Below, in pieces: positions 24,961-37,829 of a stretch of 64,000 nt of DNA. Origin of the DNA: Octopus vulgaris. Its lineage: Eukaryota. A program made the translations under genes and the position numbers. Numbering within the stretch: position 1 is the stretch's first letter; each line of letters opens with the position of its first letter. The notes beneath the pieces are model-generated. The model saw only the letters and a program-made list of their open reading frames with translations. It did not search any database and was not told the DNA's origin. The stretch spans positions 55,676,001 to 55,740,000 of the forward strand of contig OX597819.1 of the NCBI GenBank assembly GCA_951406725.2, given 5' to 3'.

Positions 24961-25736
24961 TTGCGTAACCAGCTAGCTAAATGCAGACGGAAAATATATT
25001 TTCATTCTACAAACTATACAGTCCAAGTGAAATTGAGAGAAAAATCAGAGAAAAGAACTTTAATAATAAATTCCAAACCAAGCTAAATAAACAATAATAA
25101 TAATACTTAGAGGTACTCTTTCTACTGCTACGACCACTAACAAGACTAAAGGTGCTCATTATGATGATAGCATGAAAATACCAGCTAAAAGTCAGTAAAA
25201 ATAATCTTATTTTCGGGTTTAAAGTTCTATTACCACAGCCACTCCTACCGCCACCACCGCCACCAACAGCGACAACAATAATAAAGGAGATGATAATGAT
25301 GATGGCGATAACTGAAATATAAAAATCCCTGGGAAATAATATTTACAACATTTCTAAAAATAGACCAACAATTACTGCTTTGGCCAGGGTCAATACACAG
25401 GTCTCTTGACATGTTCAACAAACCGTGACGCCTAAACCAAACAATCAAATTAAATAAATTAGTAAAATCACACACTGATTGGTCAGAATACAGTTTGATA
25501 AATTTAACATTCTGTAACACAGCTTATCCACTGACTACAGTTAGAAATTGTAAAACATAACTGTCACCACGACAATATGAGTCTGAAGATTGCATAGTTT
25601 AATGCATGAAAGTACTAGTTCAATCAGAATGGGCATTTAATATTCTATCATTTCGTTATATTCTCGTATCTAATATCACATCACTATAAGATTATGAATA
25701 AAACGTAAAAATCAAAGTTGGAATTTCTTTGAGTAA

Positions 25737-26160
25737 TCTCTATATAAAACTGAGAATGTGTGTGTGTGTGTGTGTGTGTGTGCCTGTCTGTCTGTGTGTT
25801 TCCCTAAAACTTGAGAACTACACAACCAATTTCATTCAAATTTTACACATGCCTTACTTAGGGTCCGGGGAGTGTCATCAGCAAAAAAATTTAACTTTTT
25901 GCCTAGGGCGAGCCCACAGCAATATCATATCTTCTCCACTATGATTCCCTAAACTTGAGAACTACACAACCAATTTCATTCAAATTTTACACATGCCTTA
26001 CTTAGGGTCCATGTAGTTTCATGGGCAAAAATATGTTCAACTTCTTGCCCAGGGCGAGCCCATAGCAATATCATATCTTCTCCACTATTTCAGTATTACG
26101 TGTTAAAAGTGAAACAAAAACATTTCTCTATTTTATGTCACATACTTTCACTTTAACAAT
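25737..26160 (+). mobile_element. Helitron-like non-autonomous element with internal ~140-bp duplication
   Basis: TCTATATAAAACTGAGAATG(TG)n..CCCTAAAACTTGAGAACTACACAACC head, same family as 18.9-19.5 kb. Confidence 0.65.
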
Positions 26161-26444
26161 AAAAATTAGAGATAATAATAACAATTGAATTATATGTAGT
26201 AAGTAATAATTAAAATCAAACTAAAGTATAATATAATAATTAAATCGTAACATAACAAAAGTAAAAATAGCAATTGGTATAAAATTGCATCAATGACTTG
26301 AACTTGAATAAGTGGTTTCACATATTATGGGAATAAATTAAAAATAAAATTAGTGTACAGAAATGGAATAGTCCAGATGGAGCTGTGCACATACCTTTTA
26401 CCACAGCTTTTACATTAGATTATCTGCTAATTAGCTAGCGTTAA

Positions 26445-27336
26445 GTATCTATATGAAGTTTGGCTGTATGTAATGTCTGTTTTCTCGAACAGCCGCTTCT
26501 ACTGAGTACTGCTGTTGGTTTATTTCTTATACATAAAGGACTATAGCTTCAACTGTGTACTGCTTTTTGATTCACCGTAAGGTTTGTTGTTATTATTATT
26601 ACTGTTTAACTATTGTTATCACGTTTGTTGGTTCCTCGTAAGGGAAACGTTGTTGTGTTGCATTTGTTAAATAACTGTAAAACGTAACCCTCCTCCTTTG
26701 GGAGAAGGAGCTTTGGTTATTGCTTAAAATTGAATTGTGTCCCTGTTTGGGGACACAATTCAATTTTGACAATATGTTCACCGTTTATACGGAAGCTTTT
26801 TGTTAAAATGCCTTCGATAGAAGAAAGACTGAAAATGAATTTCGCTGCAGCCGTCGGCGGGCGCGAACTCATTAAAATTAAAATGGAAGAAATACAAACC
26901 TATTTCGGATTGATCAACGACAAAGACAGTGAATCTAGGATAACACCACCAAACGAAATAAAAAATCAAATTAAAGAAAAGACTTGTCTATAAAGTATAC
27001 AATGTAGAAAAAAAAAAGATTTGAACACCTGGAGGAAAGCACCATTGAAAAGTCTCTTGGTGCGACTATGAAAGATATCAAGTATCTAACCAGAGAGGGT
27101 AAATTCGCCACAATAGAAGCGAGGTTCGAGTCAACGGAGCGTGCAAGAGAGTACTCGACTAGAACCTTGCAAAGTGGAAATATTTTATTTTTACCTTTAT
27201 ATCTAGGACGTAGGACGACCCGGATAAAAATTTAAAATATCCCCCAGAAGTAGAGGTAGGCTTGATTGTAGCCACACTTCTATACAAGAGGGAGGACAAG
27301 ATACTATTGATCGAAATTGCAAGAGACGGGCCTACA
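26445..27336 (+). mobile_element. gag-like ORF1 fragment (Tx1-type), copy B with 5'UTR
   Basis: MPSIEERLKMNFAAAVGGRELIK..; frameshifts and stops; ends at the same GGGCCTACA as copy A. Confidence 0.7.
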
Positions 27337-27569
27337 TGTTCAGGACAGGAATTAGTCGATTACTTCGATCCCAGTACTTATTTTATCGACTCTGATAGGA
27401 TGAAAGGCAAAGTCAACCTCGGAGGAATTTGAACCCAGAACGTAAAGTCGGACGAAATCCCGCTAAGCATTTTGTCCCGCGAGCTACCGATTCTGCCAGT
27501 TCGCCGCCTTATTGTGTATGTGTGCGTGCGTGTGTGTAGGTGTGAGTGTGTGTGCGTGTGTGTACGTGT

Positions 27570-27609
<40 letters not shown>

Positions 27610-28283
27610 ATTACACATATTCAATAGATTGTTGTTAAGACAGTGTTCAGGAAAAAATATTATGATCCTAACTAATTCTTAAAACAAAAAACAAACCAAA
27701 ATACAAAATAAAGAACAAAACAAAAACAACAAAACAAAACAAAAGCAAAAACAAACAAAAAATCCAAAACAAAGCATTATAATCTCCGCTTTTCTTTTGC
27801 AGGAATTGAATTTGATACATTTGATTGCATTGCAGCAATCGATGCTAATCTAATTAGGTGGATATTAGCAGGTGGATAATCTCTAGTGATCTTTATAGTT
27901 GCCGGGAAGCTACTGCAAAAGCTCCCACCTCAAGTTATAAATAAATCTCTTGTGCATTGCCCACTTACAAAGCTTTTTAAAAAGTCTATAATTTGCATGT
28001 CAAATACGTGATGACTTAATCGTTGATGATGTTGTAGAAATTTTCATCGGTTCCATCCCCCACTCGGTAGCTTAACTTCTTTTTTTTTTTTTTTTTTTGA
28101 AATTCTTTGTTGTCATAATTGTATGAAAAAGAGGTTGCAAGCATGGATGTGTGGTTAAGAATGTTTCCTTCACAGCGACATAGTTTTGGGATCGATCACA
28201 AGATGCGCTAAGTTGGGCCAAGTGTCTTTTATAAGCCTTGTAGATAAGATTTAATTGCTGGAAACTACAGAAGTTCCTCGTAA

Positions 28284-28314
<31 letters not shown>

Positions 28315-28317
<3 letters not shown>

Positions 28318-28500
28318 CGAGTTTACGAAAAAAAAACAACAAAAGACGAAGACAGGTGGTGTACAAAACAAACAGATGTATTAGTATAAAGCTCAGGAAT
28401 AGAAAAAGTCTTTTACGTTTCGAGCCTACGCTCTTCCACAGAAAGGGACACAGAAAAAACAAGGAGAGAAACAAGGAGAGAAAAAAAGAAGAGAAAAAAG
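28315..28500 (-). mobile_element. Short Penelope-like terminal repeat in a (TA)n tract
   Basis: Hammerhead-like CTGTGGAAGAGCGTAGGCTCGAAACGTA on minus strand; related copies 51577-51750 and 56013-56210, also next to (TA)n. Confidence 0.6.
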
Positions 28501-28544
28501 GGGTATATATATATATATATATATATATTCTTTACTCTCTCTTG

Positions 28545-29200
<656 letters not shown>

Positions 29201-30246
29201 ATGTTAAAGTGGACTTTTTTTCTTTTAATTGACATTAGTCAATCAAACAGTACATTCTGGTAGAGTAACCCAGCCTCTCTACAAAAGCAGTCAAGTGGTT
29301 TCCATAGTTTCCATCCCAAGCGATGCATTTGTGCCATTGTTGAAACCGTCACTTGAATCCACTGTTGTACTCACTACCTCACAGTCATTAGATTGTTGTC
29401 CCCGAAGACTACCTTTCATTGGACCGAGCAGGTGGGAGTCGGAGAGCGTCATATACAGGCTGTGGATAGGGGACTATCGTTGTCCGGTGTCCAAACATTT
29501 CTGCCAGCCCGTCACCTTAAGGAAAAATATATTAACTGTACCAACCCCGTATATTTTATCCATGTGTGGAGAGGCACGAGAATTAAATATACGTAGATAT
29601 CGGTAATATCTCTCTCATATAATTCATTTTCTTTTTTTACCAATTTCAGCAATTAAACGGTGCTACTTTGGCGTATGATCTACAACTTAAAGGGCAATTA
29701 CTCGCGCCCGCCAAACATCGGTCTAAAATCGCGAAACACTTGAACCAATAATTCAAAGAGAAGTTGCAGAAAACTCGGTTATTTATTCCAACGAATGGCC
29801 AGCATACTCCAATCTAAATCATCTAAATTTCCGCCATTCTACTGTCAACCACCAAAGACATTACGTTGATCCAAACACTGGAACCAATACACAAGCAATT
29901 GAAAGAATCTGGTTGGATTCGAAAATTCGTACATTTGAAAAGATGAGAGGAGTGAACCAAAGAACCTCCCAATCTCACCTTGATTATTTCTGTTGGGTGC
30001 AGTTCTGTTTCTAGCAAATGTTCGCTTAATTCATCTACAAAACTATTTAAATTTGTATTTCATGTTTATAATCAAGTTGCTCTTTTACTCTTTTACTCTT
30101 TTACACTTTTACTTGTTTCAGTCATTTGACTGCGGCCATGCAGGAGCACCGCCTTTAGTCGAGGAAATCGATCCAGGACTTATTCTTTGTAAGCCTAGTA
30201 CTTATTCTATTGGTCTCTTTTGCCGAACGTTGGGGAGGAGGGACAA

Positions 30247-30287
<41 letters not shown>

Positions 30288-30739
30288 CATATACATATAT
30301 ACGACGGGCTTCTTTCAGTTTCCGCCTACCAAATCCGAGGCTATAGCAGAAGACACTTGCCCAAGATTCCACGCAGTGGGACTGAACCCAGAACCATGTG
30401 GTTGGTAAGCAAGCTACTCACCACACAGCCACTCCTACGCCTATGCTTTTCAATTTTTTAATGAATTCTTTTGTACACAGTATTATAAATATATTTTTCA
30501 AAATTCTTACTATTTTAATATTAATAAAACCATGTTTCATTTATGCCTTAGTAAATAATAAGAAACCCAGAATAAACAATACAATAATTAAAATAAACGA
30601 GTAAATCACACAAGTTTGGCAGCCGCGAGTTTTGTAACGTAAAATTGGCAAAATGTCACCATTTCCCCCTTATTTTCGAGCTTCCGTCATTTTCCCACCA
30701 CATCAATGACATGTTGCAACATTTTCTTCATCAAAGCAG

Positions 30740-31700
30740 CTCATTCCAGACAACATACTAAAATACTCAGTGAACTAAAGGAAGCTTATTGATAATGTGA
30801 GCGTAAAATAAATTCTCAGGGATACGACATCTTTGCTTTAATGAATGGATCGATGTGTGAGAGCTAACAGCATAGCATGTTAAACGAGACCTTTAAAAAC
30901 TACTCATGAAAGCAATTTACAAGAGGATAAAGTTACATTTAGAGACTTCTAGAAAAAAAGTTTAACATAATAGATACTGTGGACAACATAGCTGAGTCAT
31001 GGGATAAAGTGAAACCCTCAACTGTAAATGGTGCTTGGAAAAATATATGACGTAACCATATCTGTGACTTTCTACAAGTAGGAAGTCTACATCGAATTTG
31101 GGGAGATATTATGACACTGGCAAATAATGTAGGGTTTGAAGAAGTGATCAAGAATGATACAGCTGAGTTGCTAGTGTTCCATAGAGAAAGTTTATCTAAC
31201 GAAGAATTGATACCGTTAGTTCAAGAGCATGCTGAGAATACGAATAAGACCTACAGAAATTCTACGAACTGCACTTAAATTGACTACAAAGAATATTCTT
31301 TTCTAGGTACAAGGCCCGAAATTTTTGGGAAGGAGGCTAGTCGATTAGATCGACCCCAGTACGCAACTGGTACTTAATTTATCGACCCCGAAAGGATGAA
31401 AGGCAAAGTCGACCTCGACGGAATTTGAACCCAGAACGTAAAGACAGCCGAAATACTGCTAACGTTTCTGCCAGCTCCCCGCCTTTGACTGCAAAGAATA
31501 TTACTAAATTGCTGGCACTAATAGAAGAATGTCTGCAAGTTTTTGCTCGTAACAGCTTTAATCATGAATTTAACATAAAAATTACAAGAGGAGTCTACAC
31601 TAAGCTCAATTCCAACACTGAACTGTACAAAGAGATTATGGATATTGATGATGATGAATTATAAGATAGAAGACAATGTCCCTTATTCCTGCCAGTAACA
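30740..31700 (+). mobile_element. Decayed Tigger/pogo transposase remnant interrupted by a SINE
   Basis: NIAESWDKVKPSTVNGAWKNI..LANNVGFEEV..ELL..H.ESLSNEEL. Confidence 0.7.
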
Positions 31701-31816
31701 CTCATCCCCAACTCACACGGTAGTCGATATCTTTTATGATAAGAACGTACCTCATTATGATATTACGATTTTTATTTATTCCCTAATGTATTTTTCTCCA
31801 AATGTTTTTATCTATA

Positions 31817-32134
31817 CAGAAGAAATTCACTTTACGAATTTAATTCGCCCCTGAAGGTGGCTCTTTACCCGAAATGTTTGTAAACCGAAAATAGTTTCGG
31901 TTTACGAAGTAGTTCAAGGGGAGGCATGGCAAATTCACGCAGGGATGTGCACTGAGCGAAAGCTAGACAAAAACTGGCGTTCTCCCGCTGATATTCTCAG
32001 ATTGTTGCCAACCGTCGTTGCCGGCTTGCGTATTCATTCCTCGAGACTTCATTCATCACCGGAGACCTTTTATATTCGAAAATTTTTCGTAAATCGTTTG
32101 TGATGAGAGGCGTTCATAAACCGAGATTTCTCTG
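31817..32134. mobile_element. Tigger-type MITE
   Basis: TA|CAGAAGAAATTCACTTTACGAA ... TTCATAAACCGAGATTTCTCTG|TA: imperfect TIRs with TA TSD. Confidence 0.65.
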
Positions 32135-32479
32135 TACATATATTGTGCTATATATGATTAGGAACTGATATCTTCACGTACAAACATGAGCAGCATGAAT
32201 ATGGTTTACCAGTCCTCTTAGGGACTCACATTCTTTTGTACACATGTAGCAGGTGCTTGGAGAGCTTGCTACTCACGCTCAAACATGCCTTTATTTCATC
32301 ATTACATTTTTAGTATTTCTGCAACGGCCTGTCATAGTATGTAACACATGCTAGAGGTGTTAAAAAATTAAGCGATATTTAAGCGATATATATTAAGCAT
32401 TTTTAAGTGAGGAAAGTCGTTAAACATAGTCAATCATACTCTCTAAATAGCGTATGCATTGGTCCAAAAAGAAGCCCGT

Positions 32480-32511
<32 letters not shown>

Positions 32512-34064
32512 TGTATGTATGTATGTATGTATGTATGTATGTATGTATGTATGTATGTATGTATGTATGTATGTATGTATCTGTGTTTGTCCCCACACCA
32601 TTGCTGGACAACCGATGTTGGTGAATTTTTGTCACCGTAGCCGAGCGGTTTGGCAATAGAGACTGATAGAATAAGTACTAGGCTTACAAAGAATAAGTTA
32701 GAGCTGAGCAATAACAATTGAGTTAAGTTTAGTAAGTATAGTGAGTGGTAAACGAGATATAACTAAAGTAATGTAATTATTAAAAAAAATAGCTGTTAGT
32801 CGAGGACTCGAACCTGAATATGTGGCTTTGCATATATGGGAGAATTTATAAAATTGAAATAAAATAAAATAAATTAAGTGCTGAAGTGAAATGGTCCAGA
32901 TGGCGTTGTGTGCATACAATTTACTATGGCGGCTGGATCGAATTGTATGCGTATAAAGTTCCATTCAGGATCGACGAAAAAAAAAATTTCTGGGAGTACG
33001 TAAATGCTGTATTCTGAGAATGGCCAGTATGTGATTGTGTATTTGTTCATGTTTTATATGTGTTGTATAGGACATCCTGATGAGGGGAGTGCCAATTTTA
33101 AGTACTGATATGTCTAATATTACTTGTCACATCTCCGAAACTTCTCCGATGGACTTCTGTATATCTTATATTTTTGTAAGCTTGTATATGGATTATATTC
33201 TATGTACTATTCGCCGGAATTTTATTCGTCTTTTGATATGCCATATTTTTATCTTATTATCATTATATTTATTTCTCTTATTCTAACAGTTTTAAGCGTG
33301 TTATATGCAAAATTTATATTTATATTTTTTATTTGCATATGATACTTATATATTACTGAATTAAAATTTTTTTTTAAATGTCGGACTGTTTAGATATAAT
33401 TAGTATATAAGATTTATATGTGTTTGGTCTATCTTTGAATTTTGTGATCTTCCTGTGGTTGTTGCTCGCATTGCCTCCCCTTGGATAAAAAAATGTATAC
33501 AGCTCATTGGAGCACTTCTATTTCCAGTCCGTTGCATATCTTGAGCGTTGTTGTCACTCAAGATATAACTTTATATTTTGTAATATATATATATCTCACA
33601 GTATGTATGTGTATAATGACTAACGGATACATTTCCACAATTCTCAACAGATTTTCACCAAACTTTACAACACATTACCTATGTCCCAAGGATGGTCATG
33701 CACTATAACATTTTACCCAAAGCGCTTGCGTGAATGGACTTAAATGGACGTAGTTTTTGTATGTAGGATCTTCCATATTTTAAATCTTTTTATCAAGTCA
33801 AAGGGCTTTATCTATTTATTTCGACTGTCCAACAGCGACGGTGATTAAATTGACCAGGAACACAGTTGTTTCTTGTAAACAACTGTCCTTAGACAAAAGA
33901 CTGACCTTTAATTGACCAGTGTTTACTCATCCCATCTTCTGGTGTGGAGGATTTCCCGCTCCTTTTGACAAGCCTATGGACTTGGTACCAACAAGTTCTT
34001 ATTCATTTCAGTCGTGGATACACAAGCGTTAAATTGTATGATACACTTGGTCTTCAGTAACAGA

Positions 34065-34990
34065 ATGGCACTTTGCAATTCATGTGAATTAACATTACAA
34101 GATGGAATTCACCGACTTAATAATGACAGTGAGGCACTAGATTTCTTTCGAAAACATATCATTCCCAGTACAGTAGACTGCCCTAGATGTCATTTACCAT
34201 GTACACTCCGCGAAAACACAAGCATCTTCCTATGTCGAAGGACTGTTCGCCGTCGAAGACAAAGGCCCACGGAATGTGGATATTCTATATCCCTATACAA
34301 CAACACTTTTTTGGAGCGGAGTCAGATACCACCCTGTAAAGTCCTGTTATTTGTAAACTACTTTCTCACAGACTGTTGGTCGCATGCATTAGTTATGGAG
34401 AATTTAAGGATTTCATATCCGACCTCGATTGATTGGCGATCCTTCTGTTCGGAGGTTTGTCAGCATTGGGTGTATCAGGACCGACCAGGAGTTGAAGTAG
34501 AAATTGATGAGACGGTTATTGTAAGAAGAAAATATAATCGTGGAAGACTCACAAAAACTATCTGGCTTTTCGGTGGGATAGAGCGAGTAGCCAAAAAGAA
34601 ATTTTTGATACCTCTTTCATCTGAGTGTGGTGAAGAGGAAAGGCGAGATGCCGCCACACTGATCCCCTTAATTACTCAATATATACGCCAAGAGTCCATA
34701 GTATATAGCGATTCTTGGGCTGCGTATAATTCTCTGGGAAATCTCGGCTATACCCACTTTCGGATCAACCACAGTGAAAATTTTGTTGATCCTACAAACG
34801 CGTCGGTGCACACAAAGACAATAGAGAGATTGTGGGGGTCAGTTAAGAGATCAGTTGTTCGCCCAGGCATTCGTGCCTGTTAATTAAAGCAATACCTCTC
34901 TAGATCCCTATTTATGGAAAGCATTAAACTACTGCCGAGAGAATACACGTATTCTTATTGGCAGCAGCAAGTCTTTATCCTGGCCCGAGA
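34065..34990 (+). mobile_element. Merlin (IS1016/ISXO2-like) DDE transposase, near intact with premature stop
   Basis: N-terminal Cys motif (CPRC..C..C), VEIDET..RKYNRGR, WLFGGIER, RDAATL, YSDSWAAY, NHSENFVDP..HTKTIERLW; TAA at 34881-34883 followed by in-frame LKQYL. Confidence 0.92.
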
Positions 34991-35254
34991 TAATTTTTTC
35001 CTCCAAACGCAACCCATCTCATTTCTTTATCATCACTGTCGATGGACCACTCAAAGAGGTATGTATACATTATCGTTTTCATAACATAATTTCTGTAGTA
35101 TTTCAAGATGTTTCTGACACGCATTTTGATTCACATGGCGGAGATCCAACAGTTCATTTTTTCCAGAATTTTTTTTTTTTTTTTTTTTTGCGAAATACGT
35201 ACAAAAATACGGAGTTTGTGACTCATGTGTGTGTGTTCTTGATAATCGTTTAGA

Positions 35255-35590
35255 ACAAGTAGTTTTACACCAATTACACTATTTTTTTTCTTAGTTTAAA
35301 GGCCGTGGACTGAAGATATGAAATTTCCGAGGCCTCTCCCCCCCCCCCTTTCGCGAGCGCGCATTTTTTTCATATTCGTTTAGAGCAAGTTATTTTACAC
35401 CTATTACACTATTTTTTTTTTGTGCCCGGGTCAGACGCTTTCGGAAATTCCCGATGTAAATTTTCCGAGGCTTCTCCCCCACCCCCCTTTCGCAAGTGCG
35501 CATTTTTTTTGTCATATTCGTTTTGAGGAAGTTGTTTTACACCTATTACACAGTTTTTTTGTTTTTTTTACCGGGTTTAACGCTTTAGTT
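35255..35590. repeat. Three imperfect ~125-bp tandem repeats downstream of the Merlin transposase
   Basis: Recurrent TCGTTT(A/T)GA..AAGT..TTTTACACC.ATTACAC and CCGAGGC..CCCCCCCTTTCGC. Confidence 0.8.
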
Positions 35591-36359
35591 TAACCAAAAA
35601 TTCCTACGTAACTAATATTTCAATTACAGCTGTATTACTTCAGCCTTTGTCAATAAAATGAAAATTTTCACAAAGTAATATTGCAACTCTGTACATTGAA
35701 TACCATAACATCTTATTGAAGCTTGTTAATCCTATAAACGGATTACGGTTTTTCTATGGCTAAACATTTTATAGGATGTTAATCCAATGTTTTATGAAGT
35801 CACGATTTAGCTGTGAAAAAGAAAAGTAAAAAAAACAAAACAAAACAGCCCAGAACTGAAAATACTGCTTTAGAAGCAAATTTTTATTATCTAGCATACT
35901 TAATTGTCATATATATATATATATATACGCACACACATATACATACATAAATGTGCATTTATGTGTATATATGTTTGTGCAGGTAACTGAGTGTGTGTGT
36001 GTACATGAGGGTGGGGGCAAAACGAGTAATTTCTCGTTATTTTCTCCTTACCTGTTCGAAAGCATAACATTTTGTAAGTATTGCATCACCATTTTGGAGT
36101 GTTGCATCATCTTTGAGAGTAAAAAAAAAATATTTCTGCATAGTTGTTGTTATTGTTGTTGTTGAAGTTGAGAGAATTTGAAACGTAGTGAGCTGACAAG
36201 TCACTGTTTTTCAAGAAATTTTTCCGCAAATCCGACCCGATCGTAATTGAGGTTGCTAATAAAATATCTGTATAATTTTTGGTGCTAAACAGTCAAAATT
36301 CTTTTTTCTGTTAGATTACGAGTCAATTTTCATCCTGCACTAATGTCTGATTTGATTAA

Positions 36360-36680
36360 GCTGCTGACCATGGGATAGCACCTAGAAAGTTACTCTCCCA
36401 GGCACAAGTCCGGACAAGGTTGTTTACAGAAGGCCAGCAGTCACGTATGCATACCAGCCTCCCCTCTCCATGTCACCATTGTTATCCAAAGGAAAAGGCA
36501 AAGGGGCCGCTACAGCTTGGCACCAGTGATGTCGCAACTCATTTCTACAGCTGAGTGAACTGGAGCAACGTGAAATAGTGTCTTGCTCAAGAACACAACA
36601 CACAGCCCGGTCCGAGATTCGAACTCACAACCTCACGATGGTAAGCTCGACGCTCTAACCACTGAGCAATGTCTCTTCCC
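36360..36680 (-). mobile_element. tRNA-derived SINE, family 3
   Basis: tRNA-like head plus core TGTGTTCTTGAGCAAGACAC..TTCACGTTGCTCCAGT.CACTCAGCTG; related copies 42742-42990 (+) and 49503-49822 (-, TSD CCTTCAATTATA). Confidence 0.8.
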
Positions 36681-36727
36681 TAATTTAATTAGACACTAAA
36701 GAAAAAAAAAACAAAAAACAAACTGAA

Positions 36728-37278
36728 GTGGGGTAAAATGAGTAAGGATTAATTTCAATAATTTCTGTCCTTTAACTGCTTGGCGCGTAAATACATCAAG
36801 AGAACTACTCCAGCAGATTGTAAAGAAGGTATAGAGAATATTTTATGTCGAGGTTTTAGATTCATTTGAGTTTTAATTTCATATCATGTGCCATTTTTCT
36901 AAGATATTTTAAAAATTTGACCTAGATATTAAAAAAATTATTGTAGCATTTCTGACATCTTACAACAGATAGATTGACGTGTACAAGTCTTTTTTTTTTT
37001 TTTTTTTCTTTTTCAAATGTAACACTAGAAAATTAACGAGGTAATTCACTTTACTTTGTCTTACTCAATTTACCCACCTAAATTTGTCATTTTTATGCTC
37101 AAAGAGAATGGAAACTATTTTCTGAAATAGCGTTCTGAATATGTTATAGTGCTTCTAATGCATTTAGAGAAAGTAATTTACTTACCCGATATAGTTCTTG
37201 TAAGGTAGTGAACATTTGTAAAGAAATTCATTTTTCTCAAAGTCAAAAATGCAGTACATATTACTCATTGTGCCCCAC
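36728..37278. mobile_element. MITE with ~18-bp TIRs
   Basis: GTGGGGTAAAATGAGTAA ... TTACTCATTGTGCCCCAC. Confidence 0.65.
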
Positions 37279-37829
37279 ACCCTACATATGTATACGCACA
37301 TACTCGAAGGTATGTATATTTATGTATGCAGACCCCATATCTAAAAAAAAAAATCACGAAATAATGATTTAATAAATATGTCTATAATTTTGTAAATGAG
37401 GAATAATCTAGTTTGGCATTTATCATTGAGGGCAAATCGAAAAACGTCAGATTCTCTGATTAGCTCATATGACTATCCTCCTTTACAGAATGTTACTACT
37501 TTACTCGTAACCTTATAAAGCAAACAAACAAGCATCAACAAAAAGCAAGACGTAAAACAATATTTTAAATATTTTTTTCTCGCTCAATAAGGCAAGGATT
37601 TTCTTGTATTACAGCGTTTGATACATTGCCTTTCCAGCTTATTCTGCCCAATTTATGAAAGATCCGCACCTCAAAAGCATTTGTCTTCAGCATTGCTGGG
37701 TATATTGTACAAAAAAAAATGACAGTTTACTAGTCTCAATTTTGGGTGCAGTACTGCTTTTTGAAGCGAAGACACCTACTGTCGAGAATTAAATCTACAA
37801 AGCTATCATATTTTGGTCATATAACATGC

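Noticed and set aside
32780-32830. tRNA-like GGTTCGAGTCC plus T-run on the minus strand
   Set aside because: Only a B box/T arm; no D arm, anticodon arm or acceptor pairing.
34014-34883. Bacterial IS1595/ISXO2 contamination or recent horizontal transfer
   Set aside because: Embedded among host SINEs and microsatellites; better explained by the eukaryotic Merlin superfamily.
33766-35146. GGATC...GATCC as TIRs of the Merlin transposase
   Set aside because: Match is limited to ~6 bp and the flanks give no TSD.
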